The translations under genes were made by a program, and so were the position numbers. Source: an uncultured delta proteobacterium (GTDB lineage Bacteria > Desulfobacterota > Desulfobacteria > Desulfobacterales > JAHEIW01). Taken from it: a stretch of DNA of 64,000 nt. Shown in pieces: positions 10,213 to 21,100 of the stretch. The stretch covers positions 320,001-384,000 of the forward strand of contig CAVPNL010000005.1 in NCBI GenBank assembly GCA_963706575.1, given 5' to 3'. Under the pieces are notes generated by a model. That model saw only the letters and a list, made by a program, of their open reading frames with translations. It was not told where the DNA came from and did no database searches. Numbering within the stretch: the stretch's first letter is position 1; every line of letters starts with the position of its first letter.

Positions 10213-10701
10213 ATGTCGTTAAATTTGTCTGCTATCCCCCCTAACAATGCAGAGGTCTTCTTGGCTCCAGAGTTTCAAAGAAAAAAAATACTCATCGTTG
10301 ATGATGAATTGGATATGCGGATTTTCCTCTGCAATCTGCTGGGCAACTGCGGATATGAGCCCATTGAAGCAAATGATAGGACAGAGGGGATGCAAAAGGC
10401 GGAAAAAGAAAAGCCGGCGTTGATCATTTTGGATGTCATGATGCCCAAGGAAGACGGCATTCTAATGTATCGAGCGCTCAAGGCGCATGAAGAACTGAAG
10501 CATGTGCCGGTGATTATGGTGTCAACCATCGATCAGAAAATGTTTTCATTCTACCATAAATTGCAAATGTCCTCTCGGGATAAAGCCATTTCTGAATCGG
10601 GAGCTTATTTAGAGAAACCGTTGCAAACCGAAAAACTCATCCAACTGGTCCGGAGATTTACCGATGCAGATGAATTCGCGATTACACGAGATGAAAAATA
10701 A
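10213..10701 (+). CDS. Single-domain response regulator
   Basis: IVDDE, ILDVMMP and EKP motifs; start uncertain (possibly TTG 10261). Confidence 0.85.
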   Translation: MSLNLSAIPPNNAEVFLAPEFQRKKILIVDDELDMRIFLCNLLGNCGYEPIEANDRTEGMQKAEKEKPALIILDVMMPKEDGILMYRALKAHEELKHVPVIMVSTIDQKMFSFYHKLQMSSRDKAISESGAYLEKPLQTEKLIQLVRRFTDADEFAITRDEK

Positions 10702-10716
10702 AAGAAGGGGTCTGAA

Positions 10717-13007
10717 TTGATAACAGGTATTGATTCCGAACTTTATCGCGAGCTGGCTAAATTCGGAGCCAAGGATATGGAGATCTGCATGCAGTGCGGT
10801 ACCTGCAGTGCATCGTGTCCCCTGTCTAGCGGGATGCATGCGTTTCCACGTAAGATATATCGTTATCTTCAACTTGGCCTGAGGGACAAGCTGCTCAAAT
10901 CGTCTGTACCCTGGCTGTGCTATTACTGCGGTGACTGCAATACGGACTGTCCGCGGGGGGCCGAGCCGGCCGAGACGATGATGGCCACCCGCCGCTGGCT
11001 GACCGCCCAGTACGACTGGACCGGGCTCGCCAGGCGGTTCTATCTTTCCGAGGCCTGGGAAATCGGTGCGCTAATTACCGTTGCCCTGGGAATCATTGTG
11101 CTCTTCGCACTTTTTCACGGGCCGGTGGTCACCGATCGTGTTGCCGTTAATACCTTCGCACCGGTTATGTGGATTGAGATCGGCGATTTGGCAATGGCCG
11201 CCATCCTGTCAGCTTTCCTGCTGTCAAACGCATTTAGAATGTATCGCTTCATCATGAGCGACATAAAGGTGCCGTTTTGGCTTTATATTACAGAAGCCAG
11301 AGCCTTTGTCCTCAACTTTGTAACCCAGAAACGCTGGCGGAAATGCGGGGAAGACCGCAGTCGTTGGCTGAAGCACTTTATTCTGGTGAGCGGTTATCTG
11401 ACCATGATGTCGCTGGTCATTGTTTTTATCCGCTGGTTCCAGGTCGACGACAGCAGCTGGCATTTCACGAGTATTTTCGGTTATTACGCCACCGGTGTCC
11501 TGCTTGTCATTACGGTGGAGATGTTCCGCAGCCGGCTTAAGAAAGAGGAATCCATCCATCGCTATTCAGCGTTTTCCGACTGGCTTTTTTTGATTCTACT
11601 TTTCTTTACGACGCTAACCGGCATTATGATGCACGCCCTGCGCATTGCCGGGTGGCCGATGGGAACATATGTCATGTATGTCATCCATCTGGCAGTGGCC
11701 GTACCGATGCTGATCATCGAGGTCCCTTTTGGAAAATGGTCCCATCTTTTCTACAGGCCGCTGGCCATATTTTTGGCGAACGTCAGGGAGAAGGCCTCAA
11801 AAGACTCCGGGGTCGAGGTTGAGGATGTCATTGCCGAAGCCAGCGAAATTTTCATGAGCTGCCTACAATGCGGTACCTGCACGAGCGTATGCCCGTGGAA
11901 TGCGGTTATGTCCTACAGCCCGCGCCGGATTCTGCGGCAGCTCACTTTGGAAACCGGAACCGAACAGTCCATTGACCAAGCTGTCTGGAGCTGTGTGACG
12001 TGCAATGCGTGCGGTGTGAACTGTCCGCGCGGTATCGAGATCATCGATGTCATCAAAGCGGTGCGGGGGCTCAATGTCAGCGGCGGAAAAATACCGGCGT
12101 CCTTGGTGGCGCCGCTTGATAGCCTGAAGGCCAGCGGTAACCCCTGGGGCGGTGATCGCACAAAGCGGCTGGAATGGGCCGGAGACCGGAACCTGCCGGT
12201 GTTTACACCTGAGCACGAGTACTGCCTGTTTGCCTGTTGTACAACCGCTTATGACCCCGGCAACCGCAAAGCCGGCCAGGCGATCTTCCAACTGCTGGAA
12301 TATGCGGGCATTGCTTTTGGCACCCTCGGTGCTGAAGAAAGTTGCTGCGGCGATCCGGCTTACAGGCTGGGGGCGAATGAAATTTTCTCGGAGCTTGCCC
12401 TTAAAAATACCGATTTTTTCCTGCAGGCCGGCGTACAGAAGATACTGACCACCTCGCCCCACTGCCTGAACACATTTAAAAATAGCTATGACCGGCTTGA
12501 AAGATTCATGTTGCCAGTGAGCATTACACGGAGGTTCTCGACCGGCTGGTCATGCAGGGCTGCTTAAAACCGACCCTGGAAGTGCCCGCCACGGTCACCT
12601 ATCACGACCCCTGCTATCTGGGGCGTCACCAAGGCATCTACGAAGCGCCCCGCCGGGTTTTGATGAAAATTCCCGGGCTTACACTGGTCGAGATGGCAAG
12701 CACGAAAGAAAACAGTTTGTGCTGCGGGGGCGGCGGCGGCGGAGCCTGGGGCGATTATCCCCGCAATCAGCGCTTGGATGTGCTGCGTGTCAAAGAAGCG
12801 CTCAGCACCGGCGCTGAGGTGATTGCCACAGCCTGTCCCTATTGCCTCCGCATGCTGAACGATGCTGTCAGGGCACTGGGTGTCGGGGATCGAATTGTCG
12901 TCCGGGACCTGGCTGAGTTGCTATTGCAGTCGGTGATGATGAAAGATGAGGCCAAGATGACGGAACACGTTGATTTGGATGTTGATCGGGAGGTCTGCCA
13001 TGTCTGA
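10717..13007 (+). CDS. QmoC-like (2x4Fe-4S plus membrane domain) fused to HdrD-like (2x4Fe-4S plus two CCG domains); frameshift near 12490-12507
   Basis: CMQCGTCSASCP and CYYCGDCNTDCP, a TM region ending KWSHLFYRP, a second dicluster CLQCGTC/CVTCNAC, ESCCGDP...SPHC, then YHDPCYLGR and LCCGGGGG...TACPYC in the next frame. Confidence 0.75.
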
Positions 13008-16000
13008 ACGAATCGGTTTTTATATTTGCCACTGCGGCATCAATATCGCTTATCGGGTTCGGGTGCAGGAAGTCGCTGCGTACGTGGCGGCTTTGCCGAA
13101 TGTGGTCATTTCGCGGGATTACCTGTTCATGTGCTCCGATCCCGGGCAGGAACTTATTGAAAATGATATTCAAGACTACCAACTTACGCGTGTGGTTGTG
13201 GCCTCCTGTTCCCCGCGCATGCACGAAAAAACCTTTCGGGCGGCCTGCCAGCGGGCCGGTCTCAATCCCTATCGGGCGTTTCACATGGTGTGCGTGCGAG
13301 AGCATGTTTCGTGGGTCACCGAGGATGAAGACGAGGCCACCCAAAAGGCCAAGACCCTGGCGGTCGCAGGTATCTTACGGGTTGCCTACCAATATGATCT
13401 AACACCGGCCACGTTTCCGGTATGCACCAACACCCTGATCGTGGGCGGGGGCATCGCCGGCATGCAGGCCGCTCTTGATATTGCCAAGGCCGGGTTTAAA
13501 GCTTACCTGGTGGAAAGACAGCCCACCGTCGGCGGACACATGCTCCAATACGACAAAACCTTTCCTACCCTTGACTGCGCGGCCTGCATCGGTACGCCCA
13601 AGATGGTCTCCGTGGCCCAGGAAGCAAAGATCGAGCTGCTCTCATACAGCGAGGTGGAGGATGTCAGCGGCTTTATCGGCAACTTCAAGGTAAAAGTCCG
13701 CCGCAAATCGCGCTACATAGAGGATAGCTGTACCGGGTGCGGCGAGTGCGAAAAGGTTTGCCCGATCGAGTTTCCCAATGAATGGGACGTGGGCACAAAG
13801 ACCAGAAAGGCGATCTACCGGCCCTTCCCCCAGGCCGTACCCATCACCTACTGTATCGACAAGTACGACCGTGCCCCGTGTGTTCAGACTTGCCCGGCCG
13901 GCACCAATGTACAGGGCTACGTATCGCTGGTTAAATCGGGCAGGTACCGGGAAGCGGTCAATCTCATCATGCAGAAATTACCTCTGCCGGGAACCCTCGG
14001 ACGCATCTGCCCGGCCCCCTGTGAAAAAGAATGTCGCCGCGCCGAGGTGGACTCCGCCATAGCCATCCGTGATCTGAAACGGTTTGCAGCAGACCAGGTG
14101 GACCTTTCCGAGCTACCCCTGCCGGAGATCGAAGACCGGCCGGAGAAGATAGCGGTTATCGGTTCAGGGCCCGCCGGTCTGACTGTCGCATATTATATGC
14201 GATTAAAAGGTTACGCGGTCAGCATTTTCGAGGCGCTGGATCAAGCCGGCGGGATGCTGCGGGTAGGGATTCCAGACTACCGTCTGCCGCCGGAGATACT
14301 GGACAATGAAATCAATTTTATTCTCAAACACGGGATAGAAATCAGAACCGGCGTTCGATTCGGATCGGACCTGTCCCTGGAAGGTCTCCGCCAAGACGGC
14401 TTTGCCGCCATATTTTTGGGAATTGGCGCCCATGACGCCATCCGGATGAACATTCCGGGAGAAGAGCAGGCCGCAGGCGTCATCGATGCCCTCGCTTTTT
14501 TAAGAGAGGTAAACCTGGGCAAAGGAGAGGTTCCCGGCAAGCAGGTCATTGTCATCGGCGGCGGCAATGTGGCCATAGACGCCGCCCGGGTGGCAAAACG
14601 TCTGGGGGCCGAAAAGGTGACGGTGGTTTACCGCCGCTCCGAGCGGGAAATGCCGGCCTATCCTGAAGAATTACACGGCGCCAGGGAGGAAGGTATTGAA
14701 TTTTCATACCTGACTGCTCCGGTAAGTATCCATCGTCAGGGCGGAAAGGTGACCGGGTTTGAATGCATTCGCACCGAACTCGGCCCGCCGGATGCCAGCG
14801 GGCGAAGGCGACCGCTGCCGGTTGAGGGATCTGAATTCGTCATGGCGTGTGATGCGGTCATACCGGCCATCGGTCAGAAAATTGATGTAACCTGGAGCGC
14901 AGGGGAGCCCGATCTCAAACTGACTTCGCGAAACACTTTTACGGTAAATACCACCACTTTGCAAACCAGCCTTCCCGATGTATTTGCCGCCGGTGATGCC
15001 GTGACCGGCCCGGCGACGGTCATCGAAGCCGTGGCGGACGGGCACAAGGCGGTGGCGGCCATGCACCGCTTTATCAGCGGTGAGGATCTGGATCAGTACG
15101 CCGCCGAACGGGTTGCCGAAGAACCTCCGGGAACCAAATGGCAGGCAATTCCCGAAAAGATCAAAAATACTGCCCGGGTGGTATCCGAACATCTGGATCC
15201 CGCCCAACGGGCTAAAAATTTCGATGAGGTTGACCGCAATTTTTCCGAGGCGGCAGCCAGGCAAGAAGCCGCCCGCTGTGTGGATTGCGGAGGATGTTGC
15301 GAATGCAAGCTCTGCGTGGACGCCTGTGAAGCCAAAGCGATCAATCACGAAATGGCGGATAGGGTCGAAGAAATCGAGGTGGGCTCAATCATTGTCGCTA
15401 CCGGCTTCGATCCCCTCGACCCGACCCCGATGCAGCAATACGGATACGGCAGGTACGCCAATGTTTTCACCAATCTGGAGTTCGAGCGGCTTTCCAACGC
15501 CACCGGACCGACGGGCGGCAAGCTCCTTAAGCGGGATCCCAACGACCGCTTGAAATTCAGCGCGGCGCCGAAAAGCGTGGCGATCCTTCATTGCATCGGC
15601 AGCCGCGATATCAACTACCACGAGTATTGCTCGCGCACCTGCTGTATGTATGCGCTCAAGTATGCCCATCTTCTCAAAGACAAGTGTGGACACGACACGC
15701 AAGTTTACAATTTCTACATCGACATGCGTTGCTTTGGCAAAGGGTATGAGGAGTTTTACAAGCGCGTCCAGAGCGAGGGTGTGCGCATGGTTCGCGGCAA
15801 GGCTGCGCGGGTGGAAGAAAACGACGGTATCCTGACGGTAACCGCCGAAGATACACTTTCGGACCGAATTGTGAAAGTTCCGGTAGAGATGGTGATCCTG
15901 TGCACCGCCATGGAGGCCCGTTCGGACGCCAACACCGTGTCGCGTATCTTTGGGATCAGCCTTGGAAGTGACGGTTTCTTTCAAGAGGAACACCCTAAAC

Positions 16001-16380
16001 TTGAACCTGTGTCGACTCCTACCAGCGGTGTTTTTTTGGCCGGAGCCTGTCAGGGACCCAAGGATATTCCTGATACGGTGGCGCAGGCCAAGGGAGCCGC
16101 GGCCGAGGCGCTGGCCCTTAGCGCCTCCGGAGAGGTCGCGGTGGCCCCGATGATTTCATTCATCGACCCGGACATATGTATCGGCTGCCAGGCATGTATC
16201 GGACTGTGCGCCTACACGGCTATCGAATTCAATGAGCTCAAAGGGGTTAGCGAGGTAAACGAAGCCGTGTGTAAGGGTTGCGGTAGTTGTTCCGCCCACT
16301 GCCCCAGCGGGGCTGCCAAGGTTCGGCACTTCACCGACAAGCAGGTTTTTGCGGAAATCGATGGTTTATTAGCCGGTTAG
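13000..16380 (+). CDS. hdrA: HdrL-type large HdrA: heterodisulfide reductase subunit A with an inserted GltD/NfnB-like NAD(P)H-oxidoreductase domain
   Basis: CHCGINI, ASCSPRMH, GGGIAG, DKTFPTLDC, ferredoxin, inserted LGRICPAPCE...GSGPAG...GGGNVAID, LEFER, CIGSRD..YCSRTCCM, GACQGPKDIP and a C-terminal ferredoxin. Confidence 0.9.
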   Translation: MSERIGFYICHCGINIAYRVRVQEVAAYVAALPNVVISRDYLFMCSDPGQELIENDIQDYQLTRVVVASCSPRMHEKTFRAACQRAGLNPYRAFHMVCVREHVSWVTEDEDEATQKAKTLAVAGILRVAYQYDLTPATFPVCTNTLIVGGGIAGMQAALDIAKAGFKAYLVERQPTVGGHMLQYDKTFPTLDCAACIGTPKMVSVAQEAKIELLSYSEVEDVSGFIGNFKVKVRRKSRYIEDSCTGCGECEKVCPIEFPNEWDVGTKTRKAIYRPFPQAVPITYCIDKYDRAPCVQTCPAGTNVQGYVSLVKSGRYREAVNLIMQKLPLPGTLGRICPAPCEKECRRAEVDSAIAIRDLKRFAADQVDLSELPLPEIEDRPEKIAVIGSGPAGLTVAYYMRLKGYAVSIFEALDQAGGMLRVGIPDYRLPPEILDNEINFILKHGIEIRTGVRFGSDLSLEGLRQDGFAAIFLGIGAHDAIRMNIPGEEQAAGVIDALAFLREVNLGKGEVPGKQVIVIGGGNVAIDAARVAKRLGAEKVTVVYRRSEREMPAYPEELHGAREEGIEFSYLTAPVSIHRQGGKVTGFECIRTELGPPDASGRRRPLPVEGSEFVMACDAVIPAIGQKIDVTWSAGEPDLKLTSRNTFTVNTTTLQTSLPDVFAAGDAVTGPATVIEAVADGHKAVAAMHRFISGEDLDQYAAERVAEEPPGTKWQAIPEKIKNTARVVSEHLDPAQRAKNFDEVDRNFSEAAARQEAARCVDCGGCCECKLCVDACEAKAINHEMADRVEEIEVGSIIVATGFDPLDPTPMQQYGYGRYANVFTNLEFERLSNATGPTGGKLLKRDPNDRLKFSAAPKSVAILHCIGSRDINYHEYCSRTCCMYALKYAHLLKDKCGHDTQVYNFYIDMRCFGKGYEEFYKRVQSEGVRMVRGKAARVEENDGILTVTAEDTLSDRIVKVPVEMVILCTAMEARSDANTVSRIFGISLGSDGFFQEEHPKLEPVSTPTSGVFLAGACQGPKDIPDTVAQAKGAAAEALALSASGEVAVAPMISFIDPDICIGCQACIGLCAYTAIEFNELKGVSEVNEAVCKGCGSCSAHCPSGAAKVRHFTDKQVFAEIDGLLAG

Positions 16381-16394
16381 AAAGGAGTTATCAG

Positions 16395-16817
16395 ATGAGC
16401 GAATTTGAACCGACAATTGTAGCCTTTTTTTGCAACTGGTGCACCTATACGGCGGCGGATTTAGCGGGTACGTCGCGCCTGTCATATCCTCCCAATGTAA
16501 AAAGCATTCGGGTGATGTGCACCGGTATGGTGGATCCCCAATATGTGATCAAAGCCTTTCTGGAGGGGGCTGACGGGGTGTTGATCAGCGGGTGCCATCC
16601 GGGTGATTGCCATTATATCAACGGGAATTATAAAGCCCGCCGGCGGATAAAGCTGCTCAAGGAGATTCTGCCGAAATTCGGTTTTGATCAACAACGGTTG
16701 CGCTTAACCTGGATCGGTGCCAGTGACGGCATCCAGCTTGCCGAGGTCATGCGTGATTTGGTTGCTCAAATCAAGGCTTTGGGACCCAGCCAGGCCAAGT
16801 TGAAGATGGTGATTTGA
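16395..16817 (+). CDS. mvhD: MvhD-type [2Fe-2S] subunit
   Basis: FFCNWCTY.AAD.AG, RVMCTG, GADGV..GCHPGDCHY; ATG after AGGAG. Confidence 0.92.
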   Translation: MSEFEPTIVAFFCNWCTYTAADLAGTSRLSYPPNVKSIRVMCTGMVDPQYVIKAFLEGADGVLISGCHPGDCHYINGNYKARRRIKLLKEILPKFGFDQQRLRLTWIGASDGIQLAEVMRDLVAQIKALGPSQAKLKMVI

Positions 16818-16830
16818 GCCACGGGTTTTT

Positions 16831-16967
16831 CGATTGTGGATTGCAGATTTTGGATTTCGGATTGAAAAGACCTTGGGCAGCCGGAAACATAGGTATCTAT
16901 AATTGAGCTGCCCGTAAACCGTAACCAGGGACAAGAGGCAAGCTGCCAGTGACCAGAGGCCAGTGAC
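16831..16967. repeat. Two degenerate heptamer tandem-repeat tracts in the mvhD-fdhB-like spacer
   Basis: 5x NGATTNN (16831-16865) and an 8-unit 7-nt periodic tract CCGTAAA CCGTAAC CAGGGAC AAGAGGC AAGCTGC CAGTGAC CAGAGGC CAGTGAC (16912-16967). Confidence 0.6.
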
Positions 16968-16984
16968 AGGTAAAGGAGATAACA

Positions 16985-18127
16985 ATGGCGATTACGGCTA
17001 AAATTGATGTGAAAGATAAAGACATTTTAGGATCTCTGCAGGGTTTTTTTAAGAATATTCTTGAAACTGATGAAATCCAATCACTGCTGGTGCCCCAGCA
17101 TTTGCCGATGAAAAACATGGTTATGCCGACCCTGGTGACCGATCCGAATCATCTGAATGGGGTTGATCCGCTATCGCCGGCCTTTCCGATGAACGCCGCC
17201 AAGATTGTTTCACGGCTGACCCGCAAGCCGATGGGCGCGAAGGTCGCGGCGGTATTGCGACCGTGCGAGATTCGGGCCTTTGTTGAGCTCGTGAAACTTA
17301 AGCAAGGGCGCACCGAGGAAGTTATTCTGATTGGAGTGGATTGCCTGGGAGCCTTCCAAAACAAAGATTATTTTCAGCTGGTGGGACAGAACGCAGCCGA
17401 GTCGACGGTCGTGTTCCATGAAAACGTGTTGCGCGGCAAAAGCACCGAGATTGACGGTTTGGACCTGGCGCCCGCCTGCAAGGCCTGTGAATATCCGGTG
17501 GCAGACAATGCCGATATTCTCATCGGCCTATACGGTATGGATATCGACCAATTTCTGCTGGTCCAGTCGCAAACTGAGGCTGGAGATCAGATCCTAAAGC
17601 AGATGAATCTTTCGACTACAGAGGCGCCCCGCGCCCGCCAGGATGCCATCAATGCCCTAATTACCCAACGCACCAAGTACCGGGATGACATGTTTGCCAG
17701 GACGCGTGAGGCGACCGACAGTCTGGAAAAAATGTCGAGCTACTTTGCCACCTGCGTCAACTGCTATAACTGCCGGGTGGCCTGTCCGGTTTGTTACTGT
17801 AAGGAGTGCGTTTTTGTCACCGATGTATTTAACCATGATCCGTCTCAGTATTTGCAGTGGGCCAATCGCAAAGGGATTATTAAGATGCCGACCGATACAC
17901 TTTTCTACCACTTAACCCGATTGGCACATATGAGCACGGCCTGTGTGGGCTGCGGCCAGTGTTCCAATGCCTGCCCGAATGATATTGCGGTCATGGAGCT
18001 GTTTCGAACTATCGCCCACGACACTCAGAAAGCTTTTGACTATGAGGCAGGCAAAAGTATTGAGCAAGAACCACCACTTTCGGTATTTCGTGAGGACGAA
18101 TTTGCCGAGGTTGTGGGCATAAATTAA
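16985..18127 (+). CDS. FdhB/FrhB-like 4Fe-4S protein
   Basis: LRPCE.RA, GVDCLG, ACKACEYP, CVNCYNCRVACPVCYCKEC, CVGCGQCSNACP. Confidence 0.8.
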   Translation: MAITAKIDVKDKDILGSLQGFFKNILETDEIQSLLVPQHLPMKNMVMPTLVTDPNHLNGVDPLSPAFPMNAAKIVSRLTRKPMGAKVAAVLRPCEIRAFVELVKLKQGRTEEVILIGVDCLGAFQNKDYFQLVGQNAAESTVVFHENVLRGKSTEIDGLDLAPACKACEYPVADNADILIGLYGMDIDQFLLVQSQTEAGDQILKQMNLSTTEAPRARQDAINALITQRTKYRDDMFARTREATDSLEKMSSYFATCVNCYNCRVACPVCYCKECVFVTDVFNHDPSQYLQWANRKGIIKMPTDTLFYHLTRLAHMSTACVGCGQCSNACPNDIAVMELFRTIAHDTQKAFDYEAGKSIEQEPPLSVFREDEFAEVVGIN

Positions 18128-18170
18128 GGGGTCATTGCGCGAAACGAACCAACGAAAAGGTGAGGGTTAT

Positions 18171-21100
18171 ATGACCAAAAAAATTGGTAAAGCCCTGGTT
18201 GTCGGAGCCGGCATCAGCGGTATCCGCTCGGCATTGGACCTGGCTGAATATGGTTACGGCGTTACCCTGATAGACCGGTCCTGCCATATCGGCGGCATTT
18301 TGAGTCAACTCGACTATCAGTTTCCCACAGACAGGTGCGGTATGTGCAAAATGCTTCCTTTAGTCGATCGAGATGCAAGCTCGCAATATTGCCTTCGCAA
18401 GGGGCTTTTTCATGAAAATATCGACATTCTGCTTGGCACCGAGCTGGTTTCAATCGACGGTGAGCCCGGCCGTTTCCAGGTCCAGCTGAAGGAGCATCCC
18501 AATTGGGTCAATTCCGATCTGTGCACCGGTTGTGGAGAGTGTACCCAGGTTTGCCCCGTGGAGGTCCCCGACGAATTCAATGCCGGGCTGGCAAAGCGCA
18601 AAGCAATATACCTTCCGGTCCCCCATGCCATTCCCAACACCTATATTATTGATGTTACTTCCTGTAACGACTGCAGGGCCTGTATCGAGGCTTGCCCAAC
18701 AGATGCCATTCACCTGCCCGAGCAGAAACGCGAGGGATTTCGCATTCTTGTGGTCGATGATGAACTCATCGTGCGCGATTCCCTCAAGGAATGGTTGCAA
18801 GAGGAAGGCTTTGCGGTGGACATGGCCGCCTCCGGTTCGGAAGCTTTAGATCAACTGACAAAACAGGAATATCAATTAATGCTGCTGGATATCAAGATGC
18901 CGGGCATGGACGGTGTCGAGGTCCTGCAAAAGGCCAGAGAAAGCTTCGCGGATATCAATGTGATTATGATGACCGCTTATGCAACCGTTGAAACCGCTGT
19001 TGAAGCCATGAAAATAGGGGCTCTGGATTATCTGATAAAACCATTTGATCCCGAAACCCTGATCCCCATGGTCCTGAGAATATACCAGGATATGACGGCG
19101 GCTGAAGGCCGACAGTTAGAAGTTGGGGCCATCGTACTTAGCGGTGGCACGGCCTTTTTCGACCCGGCCGGCGGGAAAAACACGTTTGGCTACGGGATGT
19201 ATCCGAACGTTGTCACCAGCCTTGAGTTTGAACGCATATTAAGTGGTACCGGCCCCTTTGAGGGACGGCCGCTGCGGCCGCTGGACGGAAAACCGGTTCA
19301 TAAAGTCGCCTGGATTCAATGCGTAGGCTCGCGCGATTTGCAAACGGATGCAGACTTTTGTTCAAATATCTGTTGCATGGTGGCCATTAAAGAAGCTGTC
19401 CTGGCCAAAGAAAAAATCGACGCGGATTTGGAAACAACCCTTTTTTATATGGATATGCGTACGTTTGGCAAAAGCTTTCAACGCTACCGGGAGCAGGCTG
19501 AAAGCCTTCATGGTGTGCGATTCGAAAGGGGTCGGGTCCACTCTGTCATACAGGATGAAGAAAGCGGAGATATGATTATCCGCAGTGTGGCCATTTCCGG
19601 AAAATCCACTGAATCACATTTTGACATGGTGGTGCTCACCGTCGGCCAGCGTCCGGCCGGTGGCACCTCTGAATTGGGCGAAATGCTGGGGCTGGAGCTG
19701 AATCCATGGGGCTTTGGAAACACTATCCCTTTTTCCCTGACGCGAACCAACCGCAGCGGGATTTTGCTGGGCGGTTCATTCGCGGGTCTCAAAGACATCG
19801 GTGACTCGGTGACCCAGGCCTCGGCGGCTGCCTTATCGGCATCCCAGGTGATTCATTCCAGTGGGGGTAGCCTATCGTTGGAGTCGCCGCCAGCCCTGCC
19901 CATAGCTGCTCTGGCGCGTGAAATCCCCAGAATTATGGCGGTCGTCTGTACCTGCGGGGGCAAACTTTCAGGATTTAATGACCCGGCAGAAATTGTTCAA
20001 CACCTTAAAACCAACCCTGTGGTGAAACAGGTTGAATTTCTGGAACACATCTGCACGGCCGACGGCTGGGCACAGCTGGCGGAAATGGTGGAAACGAACA
20101 AACCGAACCGGCTTTTGATTGGCACTTGCATGCCCTATGTCTATCAACGCAAACTCCAGGAGTTCGGCCGGCAGGTGGGTATAGATCCTGCCCTGATGGA
20201 AGTGGTTGATGTAAATACGGAATTAAAGGACAAACGGCTACTTTTGCGCAATATGCTTTCTGCTTTAGAGATGGGGATTTCCAAGCTCAAATGGGTGGAC
20301 CCATCTTCAACCGTTACAATTCCAGTCGCTCAACGTGCTTTGGTCATCGGTGGCGGTATTGCCGGCATGACGGCTGCTCTGGCAATTGCCGATCATGGAT
20401 TTCAGGTGGATCTTGTGGAACAGGCAGAACAGTTGGGAGGAAATCTGAACTGGCTGCAGCGCACCCTGGAGGGGTATTCGATAGAGACATTGCTGGGGGA
20501 CACCCGTCTCCTGGTTGAAAGGCATCCCAAGATTGGCGTTCATATCCAGTCCCAGGTTATTAGTTCTGTTGGCCAGGTAGGGAGTTTTTTGACTACCTTG
20601 GAAGGCCCGCAAAATTCGGTCCAAGCCTTGGAGCATGGTGTGACTATTTTAGCCACCGGCGGGGCGGAAGCCGTAACCGTTTCTTATGGATATGGTACAA
20701 ATCCGTCGATTATCACCCAGAAAGAATTAGAGCAAAAGCTATCTGCCGGCAAGATCGAACCCGAGCAGCTCGATTCGGTAGTGATGATTCAATGTGTGGA
20801 CTCGCGCGAGGAACCGCGCAATTATTGCAGTCGGGTGTGTTGTGCCAATTCGCTCAAGCAAGCCCTGGATCTCAAGGAAAAAAACCCTGAACTTTCAGTA
20901 TACATTCTTTATCGGGACATGATGGCCTACGGATTTGCCGAGGCTTATTACACCCGGGCCCGCAAAGCCGGTGTGATCTTCATCCAGTATCAGATTGATG
21001 AAAAACCCCGGGTCCAATGCGACCCGGCAAGCCTGGAGGTGGCCGTTTTTGAGCCCATCCTCGGTCGGCCGCTTCAAATTCAGACGGATCTTGTGGTTTT

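Noticed and set aside
11863..15993. Long antisense ORFs (e.g. 11863-12462, 14704-15348, 15385-15993)
   Set aside because: Shadow frames of GC-rich coding genes, with no motifs or RBS.
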